Source: Candidatus Methylomirabilia bacterium
Lineage (GTDB): Bacteria > Methylomirabilota > Methylomirabilia > Rokubacteriales > CSP1-6
Length of the DNA stretch: 64,000 nt
Direction of reading: 5' to 3'
NCBI GenBank assembly: GCA_041497895.1
Contig: JBGQHJ010000002.1
Coordinates: forward strand, 21,112 to 85,111
The position numbers and the translations under genes are program-made. Position 1 is the first letter of the stretch; every line of letters begins with the position of its first letter. Shown in pieces: positions 37,271 through 46,795 of the stretch. The notes under the pieces were generated by a model. The model saw nothing but the letters and a program-made list of their open reading frames with translations. It ran no database searches and was not told the DNA's origin.

Positions 37271-39175
37271 ATGAGCACCTTCTACCTCACCACCCCGATC
37301 TATTACGTCAACGCCCGGCCGCATCTCGGGCACGCCTGCACCACGATCATGGCCGACGCGATGTGCCGCTACCGGCGCCTGCGGGGCGACCGCGTCTACT
37401 TCCTGACCGGGACCGACGAGCACGGCGAGCGGATCGCCCAGGTGGCGGCCCAGGCCGGGAAAACCCCGCAGGCCTACGCGGACGAGATCTCGGCGTCGTT
37501 CCGGGAGACGTGGCGCCGCTTGGGCATCACCAACGACGACTTTATCCGCACCACCGAGCCGAGGCACCAGAAGGTGGTTCGGGAGATCCTGCAGCGTCTG
37601 TACGATGCGGGTGAGATCTACTTCGGCGAGTACGGCGGCTGGTACTGCTACGGCTGCGAGCGCTTCTACACCGAGAAGGAGATCGTGGACGGCAAGTGTC
37701 CCGATCACCAGACCGCGCTGACCTTCATCAAGGAGAAGAACTACTTCTTCAAGATGTCGAAGTACCAGGCGTGGCTGATCAAGTATCTCGAGGAGAACCC
37801 GGGCTTCATCCAGCCCGAGCGGTATCGCAACGAGGTCCTGGGCTTCCTGCGCGAGCCGCTCCAAGATCTCTCGATCAGCCGGCCCAATTCGCGTGTTCAG
37901 TGGGGCATCCCACTGCCCTTCGACGACCAGTACGTGACCTACGTGTGGTTCGATGCGCTCATCAACTACTACTCGGCGGTCTCGGACGGCAGCGAGAAGA
38001 CGCGCGGGTTGTGGGAGCACGTCGAGCACCTGACTGGCAAGGACATCCTGAAGCCCCACGGGGTGTACTGGCCCACCATGCTGAAGGCGGCCGGCATCCC
38101 GCTCTACCGCCGGCTCAACGTCCATGGGTACTGGTCGCTCGGCGGCAGCAAGATGTCCAAGTCCGTCGGCAACGTGGTGGAGGCGTTCCAGCTCACCGAC
38201 AAGTACGGGCACGACGCGTTCCGCTACTTCTTGCTGCGGGAGATGAACTTCGGTCTCGACGCCAACTTCAGCGAGGAGGCCCTGGTCGACCGGCTCAACG
38301 CCGACCTCGCCAACGACCTGGGCAATCTGGCGAGCCGAGCCACCACTCTGATCGCGGCGGGCGGCCCCGTGGCGCAGGTGACCGCGCCGGTCGAGGCCGC
38401 GGACCGGGAGATCGGGATCTCCGCGGCGGAGACCAAGAGTGCGGTCGAGCACGAGATGCAAGAGTTCGCGTTCCAGAAGGCGCTGGCCGCGATCTGGAGC
38501 TTCATCGGCGCGGTGAACCGCTATGTCGATGCGAATGCGCCCTGGGCCCTGGCGAAGGATCCGGCAAAGCGGCCCCGCCTCGAGCGCGTGCTGTGCACGC
38601 TCACCGACTCGCTCGGTTTCCTCGGGATCATGCTGGAGCCCTTCCTGCCCGACGCGGCCCGGAAGATCCGTGAGGCGATCGGCGCGAGGGGTCCGCTCAC
38701 CCTCGAGGCGGCGGTGGTGGGACGGCTCACGTCGGTGCCGCGGGTGAGCAAGATCTCCGGCCTCTTCCCGCGCGTGGATACCAGGGCGCCTGCCGGCGCG
38801 CAGGCCCCTCACCCCGGCCCTCTCGCCTCCGGGGAGAGGGAGGCGGGAGGGGGCAAGATCGCGATCGGCGACTTCCAGAAGGTGGAGCTGCGGGTCGCGG
38901 AGGTGCTGGCCGCCGAGCGCGTGCCGAAGTCCAAGAAGCTGCTGAAGCTCTCGATCCGGGTGGGCGAGGAGACCCGCACGCTGGTGGCGGGCGTGGCCGA
39001 GCACTACGAGCCGGCCGCCCTGGTCGGGCGCAAGGTGGTGATCGTGGCCAACCTCGAGCCGGCCACGCTGATGGGGGTGGAGTCCAACGGCATGGTGCTG
39101 GCGGCGTCGCACGAGGGCACGGTGTCGCTGCTCACCCTGGACAAGGACGTGCCCTCGGGCTCCAAGGTCAAGTAG
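37271..39175 (+). CDS. metG: Methionine--tRNA ligase with C-terminal tRNA-binding domain
   Basis: TTPIYYVN, HLGH, CYGC...CPDH, YVWFDAL, KMSKS, ESNGMVL. Confidence 0.96.
   Translation: MSTFYLTTPIYYVNARPHLGHACTTIMADAMCRYRRLRGDRVYFLTGTDEHGERIAQVAAQAGKTPQAYADEISASFRETWRRLGITNDDFIRTTEPRHQKVVREILQRLYDAGEIYFGEYGGWYCYGCERFYTEKEIVDGKCPDHQTALTFIKEKNYFFKMSKYQAWLIKYLEENPGFIQPERYRNEVLGFLREPLQDLSISRPNSRVQWGIPLPFDDQYVTYVWFDALINYYSAVSDGSEKTRGLWEHVEHLTGKDILKPHGVYWPTMLKAAGIPLYRRLNVHGYWSLGGSKMSKSVGNVVEAFQLTDKYGHDAFRYFLLREMNFGLDANFSEEALVDRLNADLANDLGNLASRATTLIAAGGPVAQVTAPVEAADREIGISAAETKSAVEHEMQEFAFQKALAAIWSFIGAVNRYVDANAPWALAKDPAKRPRLERVLCTLTDSLGFLGIMLEPFLPDAARKIREAIGARGPLTLEAAVVGRLTSVPRVSKISGLFPRVDTRAPAGAQAPHPGPLASGEREAGGGKIAIGDFQKVELRVAEVLAAERVPKSKKLLKLSIRVGEETRTLVAGVAEHYEPAALVGRKVVIVANLEPATLMGVESNGMVLAASHEGTVSLLTLDKDVPSGSKVK
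38805..38842 (+). repeat. REP-like palindromic element (family A), in frame within the metG linker
   Basis: CCCCTCACCCCGGCCCTCTCGCCTCCGGGGAGAGGGAG encodes PHPGPLASGERE; near-identical to the reverse complement of 43867-43901. Confidence 0.7.
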
Positions 39176-39930
39176 TGCGTGCCGTGCTCGGGGAGACGTT
39201 CCGGCTCCTCGGCCACCACCTGCACCTGTTCACGCTGCTGTCGCTCACGGTGTGGCTGCCGACGCACATCCTGCTCAACTACCTCGAGTTCTTCGAGCCC
39301 GGGGAGGACGCGGCCGGACGCGCCCTGCGAATCGTGCTCACCGCCCAGGTGGTGCTCGACCCCTTCGTGGTGAGCGCCATGCTCTCCGCGCTGCTGCGCA
39401 TCAAGCGGGGGGCGCCCGTCGGCTACTGGCAGGTCCTCGCCGAGGGCTTCAACGCGTGGCCCCGCCTGATGCTGGTGCGCTTCATGGTGATCTGGGTGCT
39501 CCTGATGCCCTCGCTCGGCTGGCTCGCGGTGTACACCGCGGGGCCGGCGGTGCAGCTGGTGGGCGGCGCGGCGCTGGTCGGGCTCTCGCTCCTCATCCTC
39601 GTCCTCCTGGTCCGGTTCGCCCTCGTCGACTCGGTGGTGGTGCTCGACGGGGCGTCGCCGCTCACCGCGTGGCGCCGGGCCGCGGCGGTCACCGCCGGCC
39701 AGCGCTGGAGCATCCTCGGAACCGCCACCGTGCTCTTCGTGCTGATCTTCGGGCTCGCGGTGGCGGGCGGCCAGGCCTTCCGTGCGGTGCCGGAGGCCAA
39801 TCACTTCGTGGTCCGGGTCCTCTTCGACTGCGTGCTCGCGGTCAGCCAGTCCCTCTTCACGATCTCGCTCTTTCTCTTCTACTGGCGCAAGCAGGGGATC
39901 CCGGCCCCGGCGGTTCCCGCGGCCACGTGA
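39175..39930 (+). CDS. Hypothetical multi-pass membrane protein
   Basis: About six hydrophobic segments; coupled to the metG stop. Confidence 0.7.
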   Translation: MRAVLGETFRLLGHHLHLFTLLSLTVWLPTHILLNYLEFFEPGEDAAGRALRIVLTAQVVLDPFVVSAMLSALLRIKRGAPVGYWQVLAEGFNAWPRLMLVRFMVIWVLLMPSLGWLAVYTAGPAVQLVGGAALVGLSLLILVLLVRFALVDSVVVLDGASPLTAWRRAAAVTAGQRWSILGTATVLFVLIFGLAVAGGQAFRAVPEANHFVVRVLFDCVLAVSQSLFTISLFLFYWRKQGIPAPAVPAAT

Positions 39931-40946
39931 CCGAGCCGCCGGCTCCGTCCGCGGCCCGCCTGCCGATCGTCGGCTGGCTCGGCGGCTGGCCGATCTCGAT
40001 CGTCTCGCTGGCCCTGGGGCTGGTCGCCCTCCTCGTGTTCCGGCGGGGCCTGCCGCACGTGGGCTGGATCGTCGGCTACCTGCTGCTGCTGTGGCTGCTC
40101 TTCGTGCTGATCACCGAGCTGCGGGCGCCGCTCCTCGAGCGCGGCCAGCGGCTCGTGCTGACCGCGGCCGACTACACGATCCAGACGCTCTACCATAACC
40201 TGCTGCTCTTCGTGCTCCCCGCCTACTACGCGGCGGCCACCCTCGACTCGCCCAACGTGGTCTTCCCGGTGGCGGTGGCCGCGGGCGCGCTGGTGACCGC
40301 GATCGACCCGCTCTATCGGCGGCTGGTGCACCCGCGCCCCTGGCTGAACCACGGCCTCCTGGGCTTCTCGATCTTCGCCGCGCTCAACGTCGCGCTGCCG
40401 CTGGTCGGGGTGCGGCCCATCCTCGCCCTCGAGGGTGGCGCGGTGCTCTCCGCCCTCGCGCTGGCCCCCGCGTTCCGCCGGGGCGGCGCCGCGGGATGGG
40501 CACGCGCCCACGCCCGCGCGCTGGGCGCGGCGGTGCTCGCGATCGGTCTGGTGTGGGCCGGGCGCATCCTCGTCCCGCCCGCGCCCCTCTTCCTGGCCCG
40601 CGCGGTGGTGGCGCGTGCCGTCACCGAGATGCAGCCGGTGGAGCCGGTGGAAGACGGCGTGCTCACCGCCGCGACGGTGATGGAGTGGGGTGAGCTGGCG
40701 GCCTACACTGCCGTCTATGCACCGGCCGGCGTCCGGCAGGCCATCGGGCACGTCTGGTGGCGCGACCACGAGCGGGTGGCCTACGTGGCCCTGCCCACCC
40801 CGGTGCAGGGCGGCCGCCGGCGCGGCTTCCGCACCTACTCGCGCTACACCGATCTCCAGCCCCCGATCGCGGGCCACTATCGCGTCGACGTCATCACCGC
40901 CTCCGGCCAGCTCATCGGCCGACTGCGGTTCACCGTGATTCCCTGA
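39927..40946 (+). CDS. Membrane protein with C-terminal DUF2914-like domain
   Basis: Multiple TMs, LFVLPAYY, AYTAVYAP, GGRRRGFRTYS, G.YRVDV.TASGQLIGRLRFTV. Confidence 0.7.
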   Translation: MTEPPAPSAARLPIVGWLGGWPISIVSLALGLVALLVFRRGLPHVGWIVGYLLLLWLLFVLITELRAPLLERGQRLVLTAADYTIQTLYHNLLLFVLPAYYAAATLDSPNVVFPVAVAAGALVTAIDPLYRRLVHPRPWLNHGLLGFSIFAALNVALPLVGVRPILALEGGAVLSALALAPAFRRGGAAGWARAHARALGAAVLAIGLVWAGRILVPPAPLFLARAVVARAVTEMQPVEPVEDGVLTAATVMEWGELAAYTAVYAPAGVRQAIGHVWWRDHERVAYVALPTPVQGGRRRGFRTYSRYTDLQPPIAGHYRVDVITASGQLIGRLRFTVIP

Positions 40947-40956
40947 GGACCGGGCG

Positions 40957-42264
40957 ATGGACAGCATCTGGGTGGAGGTCTTGCTCATCGGCGTGTCGAT
41001 CCTGGCCAACGCGTTCTTCGCCGGCTCCGAGATCGCGCTGGTTTCCGCGCGCCCGTCGCGGCTCGGCCAGCTCCGCGCCGAGGGCGTGCCGGGGGCGGAG
41101 ACGGCGGAGGCCCTCAAGAAGAACCCCGACGCGCTCCTCGCCGCCATCCAGATCGCGATCACCCTGGCCGGCACGCTCGCCTCCGCGGTGGGCGGTGCCG
41201 CCGGGGCGGAAGCCCTCACTCCCTGGCTCCAGGACGCGGGGTTGCCCGGCGCGTGGGGCCGGTCGGTCGCGCTGGCGATCGTGGTCCTCTCGGTCGCCTT
41301 CGTGTCGCTGGTGGTCGGCGAGCTCACGCCCAAGGCGCTGGCCCTGCGCGACCCGGAGCGGCTGGCCGCCCGGGTGGCGCGGCCCGTCGCGTGGCTGATG
41401 CGCCTGCTCGCGGGGCCGGGGCGCGTCCTCACGTGGGCGTCCCGGCTCATCCTCACCCTGATCGGCCAGGCGGACGCGCCGGCCGTCCCGCTGGTCTCCG
41501 AGGAGGAGGTGAAGTACCTCGTCCGCGAGGGCACCGCGCAGGGCATCTTCGAGGCCGGGGAGCGGGACCTGGTCAACCGCGTGTTCCAGTTCACCGACAC
41601 CCCGGTGCGCCTGGTGATGGTGCCGCGCCCGAACATCCTCGGGCTCGACATCGAGATGCCCCCCGCCGAGGTGCTCCGGCACGCGGCCCGGCTCGGTCAC
41701 ACCCGCCTGCCGGTCTACCGGGGGTCGATCGAGAACGCGCTCGGGGTCGTGGTGATCAAGGACCTGTTCCGCTGCGCGGCCCTGGAGCAGCCGGTGAGCC
41801 TCGAGCGGCTCATGCACCCGCCGCTGTTCGTGCCGGAGAGCGCGCCGGTCAGCGCGGTGCTGCGCCAGTTCCAGTCGAGCCGCTTGCACCTCGCCCTGGT
41901 GGTGGACGAGTACGGCCAGGTCGCGGGGCTCGTCACCACCGAGGATCTCCTGGAGGAGATCGTGGGCGAGATCCGGGACGAGCGGGAGAGCTCGCGGCTG
42001 CAGTCGGTGTCCCGCCTCGCCGACGGTTCCTATATGATCGACGGGACCGCGACCATCCGCGACCTGCGGGAGCAGGTCGGGCTGCCGCTCCCCGAGTCGC
42101 CGGACTACCAGACGGTCGCGGGGTTCCTGCTGCACCGCCTGGGCGCGGTCCCGCGGCCGGGCACCACGACGGCCGCGGATGGCTACCGCTGGACCATCGT
42201 GGAGATGGACGGTCCGCGGATCATGAAGGTGAGGGCAGAGCCGGAGAGACCCAGCACGCGATGA
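40957..42264 (+). CDS. Hemolysin-family CNNM/CBS/CorC protein
   Basis: NAFFAGSEIAL, VGELTPK, MVPR, VDEYG, EDLLEEIVGEI, CorC tail. Confidence 0.92.
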   Translation: MDSIWVEVLLIGVSILANAFFAGSEIALVSARPSRLGQLRAEGVPGAETAEALKKNPDALLAAIQIAITLAGTLASAVGGAAGAEALTPWLQDAGLPGAWGRSVALAIVVLSVAFVSLVVGELTPKALALRDPERLAARVARPVAWLMRLLAGPGRVLTWASRLILTLIGQADAPAVPLVSEEEVKYLVREGTAQGIFEAGERDLVNRVFQFTDTPVRLVMVPRPNILGLDIEMPPAEVLRHAARLGHTRLPVYRGSIENALGVVVIKDLFRCAALEQPVSLERLMHPPLFVPESAPVSAVLRQFQSSRLHLALVVDEYGQVAGLVTTEDLLEEIVGEIRDERESSRLQSVSRLADGSYMIDGTATIRDLREQVGLPLPESPDYQTVAGFLLHRLGAVPRPGTTTAADGYRWTIVEMDGPRIMKVRAEPERPSTR

Positions 42265-43049
42265 CGCCACCGCCGCTCTTCGATACCCACGCCCACCTGC
42301 ACTTCCCCGATCTCGTCGAGGACCTGGACGGCGTGCTCGAGCGGGCCCGCGCGGCCGGCGTCACCGGCATGGTGACGATCGGGACCGATCGGGAGACCAA
42401 CCCCGCCGCGGTGGCGCTCGCCGAGCGTCTCGACGCGGTGTACGCCACCGTGGGCATCCATCCCCACGACGCGGCGGAGGCCACCCCAGCCGACTTCGAG
42501 GCGATGGAGCGCCTCGCGCGCGGCTCCGCGAAGGTGGTGGCGCTCGGCGAGATGGGGCTCGACTTCTTCCGCAATCTCTCGCCGCCCGACGTCCAGGCCG
42601 CGGTGTTCCGCCGCCAGCTCGACATGGCGCGGCGGCTCGGCCGCCCGGTGGTGATCCACTGCCGCGACGCGCACCCGGAGGCGCTCGCGATCCTGGCCGA
42701 CGAGCGCGTCGGCCTAGTCGGCGGGGTCATGCACTGCTTCTCGGCCGACGTGGAGGTGGCCAAGCACTGCCTCGATCTGGGGCTCTTCATCTCCCTGGCC
42801 GGTCCGGTGACCTACAAGAACGCGCGCGCCCTGCCCGAGGTCGCCCGCTTCGTGCCCGACGACCGCCTCGTGCTGGAGACCGACTGCCCGTTCCTGCCCC
42901 CGCACCCGCACCGCGGCCAGCGCAACGAGCCCGCGTGGGTCGCCATCACCGCGGCCCACGTGGCCGCCCTGCGCGGGGTGACGCTCGAGACGCTCGGCCC
43001 GATGGTCACCGAGAACGCGCGCCGCCTGTTCCGCATCCACGACCGCTAA
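42261..43049 (+). CDS. tatD: TatD family nuclease
   Basis: DTHAHL, GIHPH, GEMGLDF, IHCRDA, HCFS, ETDCPFL. Confidence 0.93.
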   Translation: MTPPPLFDTHAHLHFPDLVEDLDGVLERARAAGVTGMVTIGTDRETNPAAVALAERLDAVYATVGIHPHDAAEATPADFEAMERLARGSAKVVALGEMGLDFFRNLSPPDVQAAVFRRQLDMARRLGRPVVIHCRDAHPEALAILADERVGLVGGVMHCFSADVEVAKHCLDLGLFISLAGPVTYKNARALPEVARFVPDDRLVLETDCPFLPPHPHRGQRNEPAWVAITAAHVAALRGVTLETLGPMVTENARRLFRIHDR

Positions 43050-43072
43050 CCCGTCGACGAAGGAGTCGCCCC

Positions 43073-43852
43073 ATGGCCTACACGGACATCCTCTTCGAGG
43101 TGAAGAACCAGATCGCGTGGCTCACCATCAACCGGCCCGACAAGGGCAACACCTTCCGGCGCCAGACCGTGCTCGAGATGACCCAGGCGCTCAACGAGGC
43201 GCGCAACGACGCGGGGGTGCGGGTGGTGGTGATCACCGGGGCGGGCGACCGCTTCTTCTGCATCGGGGGCGAGAAGGAGCCCAACGACGGCCAGCTGCAC
43301 TACCACAACGTGCCGCCGGTGGTGGACCTCTACACCCTGATCGACATGATGCCGGTGCCGGTCATCGCGATGGTCAACGGGTTCGCGGTGGGTGGCGGCA
43401 ACGTGCTCGCCAACATGTGCGACCTCACGGTGGCGAGCGAGCAGGCCACGTTCCGGCAGGTGGGCCCGGCCATGGGCTCCTACGACGCAGGGTTCGGGAC
43501 GTGGTATCTCGAGGACTCGGTGGGGCGCAAGCGGGCCAAGGAGATCTGGTACCTCAACCGAAAGTACACCGCCAAGGAAGCGCAGGCGATGGGCCTCGCC
43601 AACGAGGTGGCGCCCCACGCCGAGCTGCGCGCGCGCACCGAGGCGGTGTGCGAGGAGCTGAAGAAGCGCGGGCCCCAGGCTCTGGCCGCGCTCAAGGCCG
43701 CCTTCCACGCGCGGCACAACGGGGTCACCGGCATGTCCCGGCTCACCATCGACCACCTGGTCGCGAACTACTACCACACCGACGAGGCCAAGGAGATGGG
43801 CCGCGCCTTCAACAGCAAGCAGGACCCCGACCCCGACAAGTTCTATAGGTAG
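43073..43852 (+). CDS. Crotonase-family enzyme, MenB/BadI-like
   Basis: INRP..GNTFR, FCIGG, GFAVGGGNVL, QVGPAMGSYDAGFGT, KRAKEIWYL. Confidence 0.8.
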   Translation: MAYTDILFEVKNQIAWLTINRPDKGNTFRRQTVLEMTQALNEARNDAGVRVVVITGAGDRFFCIGGEKEPNDGQLHYHNVPPVVDLYTLIDMMPVPVIAMVNGFAVGGGNVLANMCDLTVASEQATFRQVGPAMGSYDAGFGTWYLEDSVGRKRAKEIWYLNRKYTAKEAQAMGLANEVAPHAELRARTEAVCEELKKRGPQALAALKAAFHARHNGVTGMSRLTIDHLVANYYHTDEAKEMGRAFNSKQDPDPDKFYR

Positions 43853-43866
43853 TTCCCACCCTATCC

Positions 43867-43935
43867 CCCTCTCCCCTCAGGGGAGAGGGCAGGGTGAGGG
43901 GTGGTAAGGGTGAGGGGTGGTGGAAGGTGAGGGGC
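43867..43935 (-). repeat. REP-like element (family A), intergenic, with partial tandem copies
   Basis: CCCTCTCCCCTCAGGGGAGAGGGCAGGGTGAGGGG followed by two further GGTGAGGGG units, between convergent genes. Confidence 0.75.
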
Positions 43936-43946
43936 GGTGAGAGGCC

Positions 43947-44273
43947 CTAAGCCCGTCGCGCCAGCACCGCGCGCGCCCGCGGCAGGTCCGCCGCGGCCAC
44001 CAGGAGCAGCACCTCGCCCTGGTCGCCCACGCTGAAGGGGTACACCGACTGGGCGAGACGGCTCTGGAGCACCACGCGGATCCCCTCGCTCTCGAGGAGC
44101 CCGCGCACCACCAGGGCTTCCGACTGATCGCGGCAGCGGCGCGCTTCTACCAGACTACCCGCGGGCAGACTCGCCGCGGGCAGGCTACCCGCGGGGAGAC
44201 TCGAGGCGGGGCCACCGCTCCGGGGCTCGGGGCGGGTGGGGAAGCGGATGATCTTGCCACGGCGCTCGGCCAT
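43947..44273 (-). CDS. DUF2007-like small protein
   Basis: EALVVRGLLESEGI, YPFSVG..GEVLLLV..DLPRAR; TAGCAT-N7-ATG start. Confidence 0.7.
   Translation of the reverse strand: MAERRGKIIRFPTRPEPRSGGPASSLPAGSLPAASLPAGSLVEARRCRDQSEALVVRGLLESEGIRVVLQSRLAQSVYPFSVGDQGEVLLLVAAADLPRARAVLARRA
44151..44195. repeat. 15-bp imperfect tandem repeat x3 encoding SLPAG/SLPAA
   Basis: CAGACTACCCGCGGG, CAGACTCGCCGCGGG, CAGGCTACCCGCGGG. Confidence 0.8.
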
Positions 44274-44278
44274 GGCGC

Positions 44279-45469
44279 TCATGCTAGCACGTCCGGCGCC
44301 CGCCTCGACCGGAGCCCCTGGAAGCACGCGAGCGCGGCGACGCCCGCCAGCGCGATCGCGGTGGCCATCGGCCGCGCGGTGCCGTCGAAGAAGTGCCCGA
44401 CCGCCATGCTGTAGAGCGCGGAGCCGGTCAGCTGGAGGAAGCCCGCCACCGCGGCGGCGAGCCCGGCCATGCGCGGGAAGGGGCCGATCGCGCCCGCCAT
44501 GCCGTTGGGCAGGGTGAGCCCGAGCCCCACCGCGAAGACGTACATCGGCGCGATCACCGCGGCCACCGTGAGGATGCCGCTCCACGCGAGCGCGGCCAGC
44601 GCGAGGCCCGCGGCCGCCCCCAGCGCCGTCCCGACCAGGATGGTCCGGTCGAGCCCGATCCGCCCCCCGAACCGGCCGGAGAGGAACGTGCCGGTCATGA
44701 TGCCGAAGGCCACCCCGCCGAAGCAGAGGCCGAAGCCGCTCGGCGAGATGCCCAGCACGCCGATCAGCACGAAGGACGAGCCCGAGATGAACGCGAACTG
44801 ACCGCCGAACATCAGGGCGTTGACCAGCACGTAGCCGAGGTAGCTCCGGTCGCCGAGCAGCACCGCGAGGTTGCGGCCCATCTGCCCCGGGTGCAGCGCG
44901 GCGGGATCGCGCCGCACGTTGGTCTCGCGCACGCCCACCGCCATCAGCACCACGAACAGCGCGCCGAGGGTGGCCAGGATCCAGAAGATCGCGCGCCATC
45001 CGAAGGCCTCGTGCACGTAACCGCCCAGGATGGGGGCCAGCATCGGGTTGAGCGACTGGGCCATGCTCATGTAGGAGAAGACGCGCGCGGCGCGCTCGCG
45101 GTCGTAGAGGTCGCGGACCACCGCCCGTGCCACCACCGGTCCGGTGCCGCCCCCCAGGGCCTGCAGCACCCGCGCGCCGATGAGCACGCCCATGCCGGGG
45201 GCCATCGCGCAGGCGAGGCCGGCCACCGCGTAGAGGGCGAGCCCCGCGAGCAGCACCCCGCGCCGGCCGTAGCGATCGGAGAGCGGGCCGTAGACGAGCT
45301 GGGAGAGCGCGAAGGCCATGAGGAAGAGGGTCACGGTGAGCTGCACGGTGGCGGGAGGCGCCGCGAAGGCGGTCGCGATCGCGGGCAGCGACGGCAGGAA
45401 CATGTCGATGGAGAGCGCGCCCAGCCCCACCACCGCGGTCAGCAGGAACTCGACACGCACCCCGCTCAT
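44279..45469 (-). CDS. Bcr/CflA-family MFS efflux transporter
   Basis: SIDMFLPSLP, QLVYGPLSDRYGRR, ARAVVRDLY, about 12 TMs. Confidence 0.9.
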   Translation of the reverse strand: MSGVRVEFLLTAVVGLGALSIDMFLPSLPAIATAFAAPPATVQLTVTLFLMAFALSQLVYGPLSDRYGRRGVLLAGLALYAVAGLACAMAPGMGVLIGARVLQALGGGTGPVVARAVVRDLYDRERAARVFSYMSMAQSLNPMLAPILGGYVHEAFGWRAIFWILATLGALFVVLMAVGVRETNVRRDPAALHPGQMGRNLAVLLGDRSYLGYVLVNALMFGGQFAFISGSSFVLIGVLGISPSGFGLCFGGVAFGIMTGTFLSGRFGGRIGLDRTILVGTALGAAAGLALAALAWSGILTVAAVIAPMYVFAVGLGLTLPNGMAGAIGPFPRMAGLAAAVAGFLQLTGSALYSMAVGHFFDGTARPMATAIALAGVAALACFQGLRSRRAPDVLA

Positions 45470-45534
45470 ATATCCCACTTGGGGGTCGAAGGGGTAGACT
45501 GTCCCGGGCCCAGGCCCGGAAAGGAGCTGCACCC

Positions 45535-46782
45535 ATGCGCGTTCCTGCAATCCTGAAGGGGGCGTTCCTGATGGGGGCCATCTCGCTGGTCGTGGGCGCG
45601 GGGCCCGCCCCCGCCGCGGCCCAGGCGCCGATCAAGATCGGGTTCCTCTCCCCGCTCTCCGGCGCCATCGCCCAGGCCGGCAAGGACATGTACAGCGGCT
45701 GCGAGCTGTACTGGCAGGAGCACGGCATGCAGATCGCGGGCCGCAAGCTCGAGGTCATCCTGGAGGACACCGAGGGCCAGCCCGCCACCGCGGTGGCGAA
45801 GCTCCGGAAGCTGATCGACAGCGATCACGTCAACCTGCTCGCCGGGGTCATCCTCTCCAACGTGGCCTACGCGCTGGTGCCGCCGATCGAGGCGGCCGGC
45901 ATCCCCACCATCTACCCGATCAACTCGGCGGACGATCTGACCCAGCGGAAGCGGCCGAAGTGGCTGATCCGCACCGGCTTCTCGGCGGGCGGCAACATGC
46001 ACCCATTCGGGGAGTACGCGGCGAAGACCCTCAAGTACAAGAAGGTGGTCACGATCGGGCTCGACTACGCGTTCGGGTGGGAGACGGTCGGCGGCTTTCA
46101 CAAGGCCTTCGAGGACAACGGCGGCCAGATCATCCAGAAGATCTGGGTGCCGCTCAACATCCAGGACTACGCGCCGTACCTGGCCCAGGTGAAGCGGGAC
46201 GCGGACGCGGTGTTCGTGGTGGCCCTCGGCCGCTGGAGCGTGCTCTTCTCCAAGCAGTACGCGGAGAGCGGCCTCAAGGAGCGGATTCCGCTGATCGCGG
46301 GCGGGACCTACAACGACGAGCACGTGCTCTCGCAGCTCGGCGACGACGCGATCGGGGTGATCAGCGCCCATCACTACTCGGCCGCGCTCGACACGCCGGC
46401 CAACCGGACCTTCCGCGCCGCCTTCGAGAAGGCCTACTCGCGCCCGCCGTCCTTCTACTCGGAGAACTGCTACACCGGCGCGCGGGTGATCGAGGAGGCG
46501 GTGAAGGCGGTGGGCGGCCGCGTGGAGGATCGGGCCGCCCTGATGGCGGCGCTGCGCCGGGTCGAGATCAAGGATGCGCCGCGCGGGCCGATCAAGATCG
46601 ATGCCTACGGCAACCCGACCCAGAACATCTACATCCGGAAGGTGGAGAAGGTCGGCGGCGCGCTCCAGAACACGGTGATCCACACGTATCCGGCCGTGAG
46701 CCAGTTCTGGACCTACGATCCCCAGAAATTCCTCGAGCAGCCGGTGTACTCGCGGGAGTTCCCGCCCTGCCGGCACTGCTAG
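45535..46782 (+). CDS. ABC transporter substrate-binding protein (LivJ-type fold, aromatic-acid-binding-like)
   Basis: Signal peptide, IKIGFLSPLSG, DYAFG.E.VGGF, GNPTQNIYIRKV. Confidence 0.88.
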   Translation: MRVPAILKGAFLMGAISLVVGAGPAPAAAQAPIKIGFLSPLSGAIAQAGKDMYSGCELYWQEHGMQIAGRKLEVILEDTEGQPATAVAKLRKLIDSDHVNLLAGVILSNVAYALVPPIEAAGIPTIYPINSADDLTQRKRPKWLIRTGFSAGGNMHPFGEYAAKTLKYKKVVTIGLDYAFGWETVGGFHKAFEDNGGQIIQKIWVPLNIQDYAPYLAQVKRDADAVFVVALGRWSVLFSKQYAESGLKERIPLIAGGTYNDEHVLSQLGDDAIGVISAHHYSAALDTPANRTFRAAFEKAYSRPPSFYSENCYTGARVIEEAVKAVGGRVEDRAALMAALRRVEIKDAPRGPIKIDAYGNPTQNIYIRKVEKVGGALQNTVIHTYPAVSQFWTYDPQKFLEQPVYSREFPPCRHC

Positions 46783-46795
46783 CCGGGCCGCCCCG

